A stretch of 57,095 nt of DNA, the filler included, from Bipalium vagum (Eukaryota), in NCBI GenBank assembly GCA_037834085.1. It is 3 parts of 3 records of this genome, joined end to end, with 100 filler letters (N's around TTAATTAATTAA, not from the genome) between each part and the next. Parts side by side here need not be neighbours in the genome. Positions count along the whole stretch, not along the records: positions 40,611 to 57,095 come from JBBMKC010109179.1; 2 more parts are not named here. One strand, written 5' to 3'. The position numbers and the translations under genes were made by a program. Positions 52,226-57,095 of the stretch are shown in pieces (position 1 is the stretch's first letter; each line of letters starts with the position of its first letter). Below the pieces are notes generated by a model. That model was not told the DNA's origin, did not search any database, and was given only the letters and a program-made list of their open reading frames with translations.

Positions 52226-53146
52226 ATGGGTGCTAAACTCTCAAATTCCTCCTGGAATCCGAAAAATTTTTCCAATTACAATACGCATCTTACCTCAGAC
52301 TATTCAAATCGTCGTGATTCCAACAGTTTAGACTATAATAATTCGCCTGAAATTCCTTCAATTGTGGTTGATTATTCCGAAGAATATATTAATAAATCTG
52401 ACCATTTGATGCCGTCCATCATCTATCAAAAAGACCAAGTTGAACATTCAGATTTCACAAATTACTTGCAAAATCATACAGACCAAAATTTCAATGATAC
52501 CAATGCAACAGAACCAGAGATTTTCCCGAAATTGACAGCAGAAAACAAATCTGCACCGGTGAGCAGTACGAATTGGTTTCGAATACATCCCATAAAACAA
52601 AAAGGTGTCAAGCTCAGTGATACTCACTATTGGATCATTAACGAACCTAAACATAAACGATGTCATTCTGCTCGAGTTAAACGTAACCCACCAGAAATGT
52701 ATGTCAATGCTACTTCATTGGGAAATGATCAGTATGAAGAACCCGATTTACCGTATGATCTAAACGAACAGATTTCACAGGAATATTCAAGAACACGGCC
52801 AGTTAAGCGAGGCAAATCGGAAAATTCTAAATCTTATTTATTCAATATGCACAGAGGTCTTGTGATCCGTATGATGCTCAAAATTCCGTCCGCATCTGAA
52901 ATGGAATGTAACAGTGTTCTTATTGGTGCCAATTGGGATTTTAATGTTGCAGAGAAAAGACTGAAAATTGACATGCTTCACAGAAAAAGCTATGTCAATC
53001 AACAGCGTTGCACTCAGCTTTTGGAAAAATACAAATGGAATTTAGAAGAAGCACAAAAACAAGCTCAAAAAGAGTTCAGACAACTGCAGATTGAGAGACA
53101 GTCGTCTAATTCTTCACGCAGCCATTTTTCAGATGATATTGGATAA
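52226..53146 (+). CDS. Intronless 306-aa protein: N-terminal MGxxxS, low-complexity middle, C-terminal ACK1/TNK-like UBA region; no kinase domain
   Basis: Long ORF in AT-rich DNA with an in-frame TGA immediately before the ATG. The C-terminal ECNSVLIGANWDFNVAEKRLKIDML...CTQLLEKYKWNLEEA matches the ACK/TNK C-terminal UBA pattern (EC..AL....W....A...LK.E.L.......C...LE...WNLE.A). Confidence 0.85.
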   Translation: MGAKLSNSSWNPKNFSNYNTHLTSDYSNRRDSNSLDYNNSPEIPSIVVDYSEEYINKSDHLMPSIIYQKDQVEHSDFTNYLQNHTDQNFNDTNATEPEIFPKLTAENKSAPVSSTNWFRIHPIKQKGVKLSDTHYWIINEPKHKRCHSARVKRNPPEMYVNATSLGNDQYEEPDLPYDLNEQISQEYSRTRPVKRGKSENSKSYLFNMHRGLVIRMMLKIPSASEMECNSVLIGANWDFNVAEKRLKIDMLHRKSYVNQQRCTQLLEKYKWNLEEAQKQAQKEFRQLQIERQSSNSSRSHFSDDIG

Positions 53147-54755
53147 AATTATGTTTTGTAGCCAATGAATTAATCTTATCCCCCCTTACCTCATCTAGAT
53201 GGCATAATTGTTCTTTCTGTATTTATGAAGTTAAAAAAATATTCTCAAAGCAAATTTATTTGTTTATGAAGTCAGTGTTTCTAAGTAGTGCATTTTGATA
53301 TTTTGTAAATTAACTCTAGGCCTATGTATTAGTATTTTACTTTATTTGTATAATTAAATACAAAAATTATTTTATTACTTTAAAACCAGTGTTTATCTAA
53401 TCATATGATTTATTCTAAAATTAATGCAGATAAACAAATTTACTTTTTTGTATTTGACAAAATATGACATGATTGCTTATGTGAATGAAAATATTTTTTA
53501 AAATAATAAAAAATATTGCTTGATATTATTTTTCATTAGTGTATTTACCAATTTAAGTCGGATGTGACTAATTATCATTTATTGACATTCTAATTTACTA
53601 ATAAATTCCATATCTCGAATATGTATTTTTTAATTTGTCACTATTTGATAATGACAGTGTTTCGTTGTGCAGTTTTGTCATCAGAAATGATTTTACTGTC
53701 GACATTAACTGAACGAAAGTTAAAAACAGATTTATCAAATATCGTCGTAAAAATGATGCAATTAATTTTCAACCTGATTTCGTAACATTGATATTAAAAT
53801 GCAGAATGTATGCAAATTTCATTAGAAAAAATCAATTCAGATTTAGATTTTATGTGATCACATTAGATTTTGAAAATTATTATTGAGAGTTCAAATGTTA
53901 GATGTTGTAAAAATTTTATATTCAATTTTAGTGAATAGAACAAAATCTGGTTTTAAAAATCAAAATTGTATTTTTGTGGTAAATTAAAGTCAATTATAGT
54001 TCCAAAAATGTTATTTTTATTTTTACTAATATCGTTAAATATTGTTCACCGATTCGGTCAAATTAATAAAAATTATTTCTGGTATTATCATTAAAAAGGT
54101 GTTTTGAATTTTTATTTAAATGAATCACTTTAATATTTAAAATAATTTTTTTTTTAAAAATAATTTAATATTGACATTTTTTTAAAATATTAGGTTCGAT
54201 ATTATTCACACTAATATTGATTTTTAAAAATCGATTTTAAAGCATCAGACTCCAAATATCATTTCAGGTAAATCAATGATAATAAAAAAACTTCCGCCGT
54301 TTACTTAGTTAGTTGTACGTGAATAAATATGAAACACGAAGGTTTCGATTTAGAAGGACATATGAATAAGAGGATTAGAAGGATTATGAATAATTAACTG
54401 AATAACGTATCAATCCATAAAATGATGTGTTGTTTAACGTCTCATCTGCTTACCTTTTAATGTTATTTATTATGAAATCAAAAATAATTCATTATGGATA
54501 ACTTTCTTGAAACCTTCATTTGAGTAAGAATTCTAAGATGTCTTTATATTGATAAGAAAGTTAAAGATATACAAGTTAAAAAGATATCAGAAATAATTCC
54601 AAGTATAAAATTATAAAGAAAAGTAAAAGTAAATTTTAAAAATATTACCAAAACCACTGATAACAAATTAAATAGATGATAACTTAGTTTTACTATCTGA
54701 ACCGTTAATTGATTAATGGAGTACTTATCGAAACGATATGAAAAATTTATTTATA

Positions 54756-54983
54756 TTAATATCCACCTTTCAGAAATGGCACCAAGAGAAATGCAGATCC
54801 ACATTTGATCTTATAAAACCTGAGGGTTTTATTTTCCAATTTTTTCTTCTCAAACAAGATTTGATAATGCTCAAAACTTAGTTTCTCTTGACTTTCCAGT
54901 TTTAATTTTAGTTCAGAAATTGTCTCATTTTCATGAACGTCCATTGAAAAGGATTTATCTTCATAAAATACAATAATCTTCAT
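54756..54983 (-). CDS. Divergent single-domain ubiquitin-like protein (75 aa, ends LKGG-Y)
   Basis: Aligns end to end with the ubiquitin fold pattern (ETISELKLKL, QILF..KKLE.KTL..Y.I). It has a di-glycine plus one residue, and an AATAAA just after the stop. Confidence 0.8.
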   Translation of the reverse strand: MKIIVFYEDKSFSMDVHENETISELKLKLESQEKLSFEHYQILFEKKKLENKTLRFYKIKCGSAFLLVPFLKGGY

Positions 54984-57095
54984 ATTTTGATACTTTAATC
55001 CTCAATTTAAGTGTTTATATACTTGAAAGTTATGTAATCTGAAAATAATGATTTCCTTAAATTAATTTTCTGAAAAGTATAAATATTTTTGTTAGTCAAT
55101 TTTTTAAAAAAATTATCACGATCATTATCGATTCATTAATTCTGGACACTTTTACTGTAGTTTTCCATGGGACACGTCGAGTTGATAAGAGTAACATTTT
55201 ATAGTAGGACTTTCTTCAGCTCTGGAAAAAGTTTTAATTAAAATAATAGCCATAATAAACGACAAAACAATAATCATTAGTCTCTAGAAGAAATAATTCA
55301 CTTTGAAATTGTGCTAGGTTGAGCATTATTATACTTTCAATAATAGCAATATGACGGTACTATGAATCTAAACCATAATTTTTACACATTTCTTATCCCT
55401 TTCTTTATCTGTAAATTTCACAAAAAATTTTCATTTTTTGAAAAAAATTCACCACTGATAAAACTACGAATGAAACTTTTAAGTGTGAAAAAATAATAAT
55501 AGTGGGAAAATTAGTTTTAAAAAAAGTATGAATGTAAAAAGTATTAAAAGGATTAGTGAAAGTATTGGGAGTAATGATATGTATTTTATGAAAAATGTAG
55601 TAGTTTTATCTTAAAAAATAAGGAAAAGATTAAATTTTATTTAAAGAAAAGAGCAAATAAAAAATTGGAAATTTTCCTTGAGATCGCTTTAAAAACATTT
55701 TAAATAAATAATTATTTTATATCAAAATTTTTAATATATTCCAAAAGATTTTCAATTAAGACAGGATTGTTGGTCAAATAAATTATAAAACTGGATTATT
55801 TTTTAAACATTTTGCTTCATTTTAGTTTTGTTGGGTTAGCCACGGGCACATCCCTGTTAACCCTGGTAAAAATTATACGTTAAAGACCGCAAAAGTATCA
55901 GAAAATAATAATAATTATTATTAATTAAAAGTATAAATATTAATTATATTAATATTAATAATAAAATATTAATTTATCATTTTTTCAAAACCGATCTAAT
56001 CTTGACAATGACAAAGCTAAATTGCCAAGATTAGATCAGAGTTCACGAGGAGGGACTGATTTACCAATAAGGATCTAAAAAGGAAATTGACATTCCCCAT
56101 TGATAAAATGGTCTACGATTGATTGATCGTCTGACCAGAATAGTATATAAGGAGCTAGACTTCTCAATGGTGACTATCTGGAAGAATGACAAAAAAAGAA
56201 ACGCTTTAGTTTGGACTTTGAGAAATTAAATGTTAAAAATTAAAATCAGAACAATTTTTCCGATGCCTAACACAGAAAAATACTTGATTTTCTAGAAGAT
56301 GTCACATATCTAAGTGTTTGTGGTTCGACGCTTACTGCTAGATCTAATCTCAAAAATATAAAAATGCTAACTCTATTAATATAGGTTAGAACTGGGCTCA
56401 CCAACTACGTCAAAGGTAGTGTAACAAACAGGTATTTTAAGATACGAACTACGTCTAATTCAATTAACTAAGATGATACGTTTTTTGTTACAAAAATATA
56501 TTTTGTAATACAAATTCAACTCTTATCACAGTTATAATATTAATTAATATTAGCCCTGATGTCAAAAATACGTATTCTGTCGCCTAGAGCGAAACAGAAT
56601 CGAATTGCCAAGAAAACAAACAAAAGAAATAAGAAGATTAATGAAAAGAACGTATTGCAGAGTTAATGATTATATAATTAATATAATTTTTCTCAAAAGA
56701 GATCGATGTTTTAAATATCCGAAGCGTATTTATTACCTTTTACCAGCTTAACTTGTCGGAGCGAAGTTAATTGCGAATTGAAGGAGAAAGCCAAGAGCTT
56801 ATATACTCCTGATTTTCACATTTCTGATCTCTTGATTGATGGAAAATAAAACTTTCCATTAATAGAATAATATGGGGTTTTCTGCTATTTTAGGAAAGTT
56901 CTTATATTATAGAACTTACTAAATATAGCCTCCCACATATTAATTTTTCATATTAATGTATTTTTAGTAAGTTTCTTTTTTTGATTTATTATTATTCATT
57001 ATTACTCATTATAATTAGTTTTATCAATTTTGTGAGTTAAGTTTTAATTAACTTCAACCCACAATTTATATTATTATTTTATTTATTTATATTAA

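Noticed and set aside
52448-52666. Antisense ORF within the UBA gene (likewise 26237-26497, 28599-28835, 5526-5837)
   Set aside because: Shadow frames of real coding sequence with no independent motifs.
54700-54756. ACCGTTA...CTTATCGAAA stretch loosely recalling a flatworm spliced-leader exon, with two small hairpins
   Set aside because: There is no terminal ATG, GT donor or Sm site, and it lies antisense in the UBL 3' UTR. The resemblance is short and based on memory.

Overview
Very AT-rich eukaryotic (animal) genomic DNA with short (about 46-77 nt) GT-AG introns and a dense load of decayed DNA transposons. The SGTP-like sugar transporters and intron sizes suggest a flatworm such as a planarian, but that is an inference. 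Two identical 100-nt spacers (44 N + TTAATTAATTAA + 44 N, at 16634-16733 and 40511-40610) look like artificial contig joins, so the window is best read as three blocks. Host genes: the last two exons of a synaptotagmin-like C2 protein (minus); the 3' end of one GLUT/SLC2-type glucose transporter (plus), tail-to-tail with a complete 6-exon, 533-aa paralogue (minus); the first two coding exons of CASK (minus); an intronless 306-aa protein head-to-head with CASK that has an N-myristoylation-type start and an ACK/TNK-type C-terminal UBA region but no kinase; and a divergent 75-aa ubiquitin-like gene ending GG-Y, convergent with it. Mobile elements: many mariner DD34D copies, Tc1/IS630-like DD34E, DD37D, DD41D/rosa, a plant-type DD39D element, a pogo/Tigger remnant, a Merlin element with TIRs and target-site duplication, and a Penelope-like retroelement fragment ending in a hammerhead-like motif inside a Tc1 element. 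All calls come from reading and hand-translating the sequence; no database searches were run.
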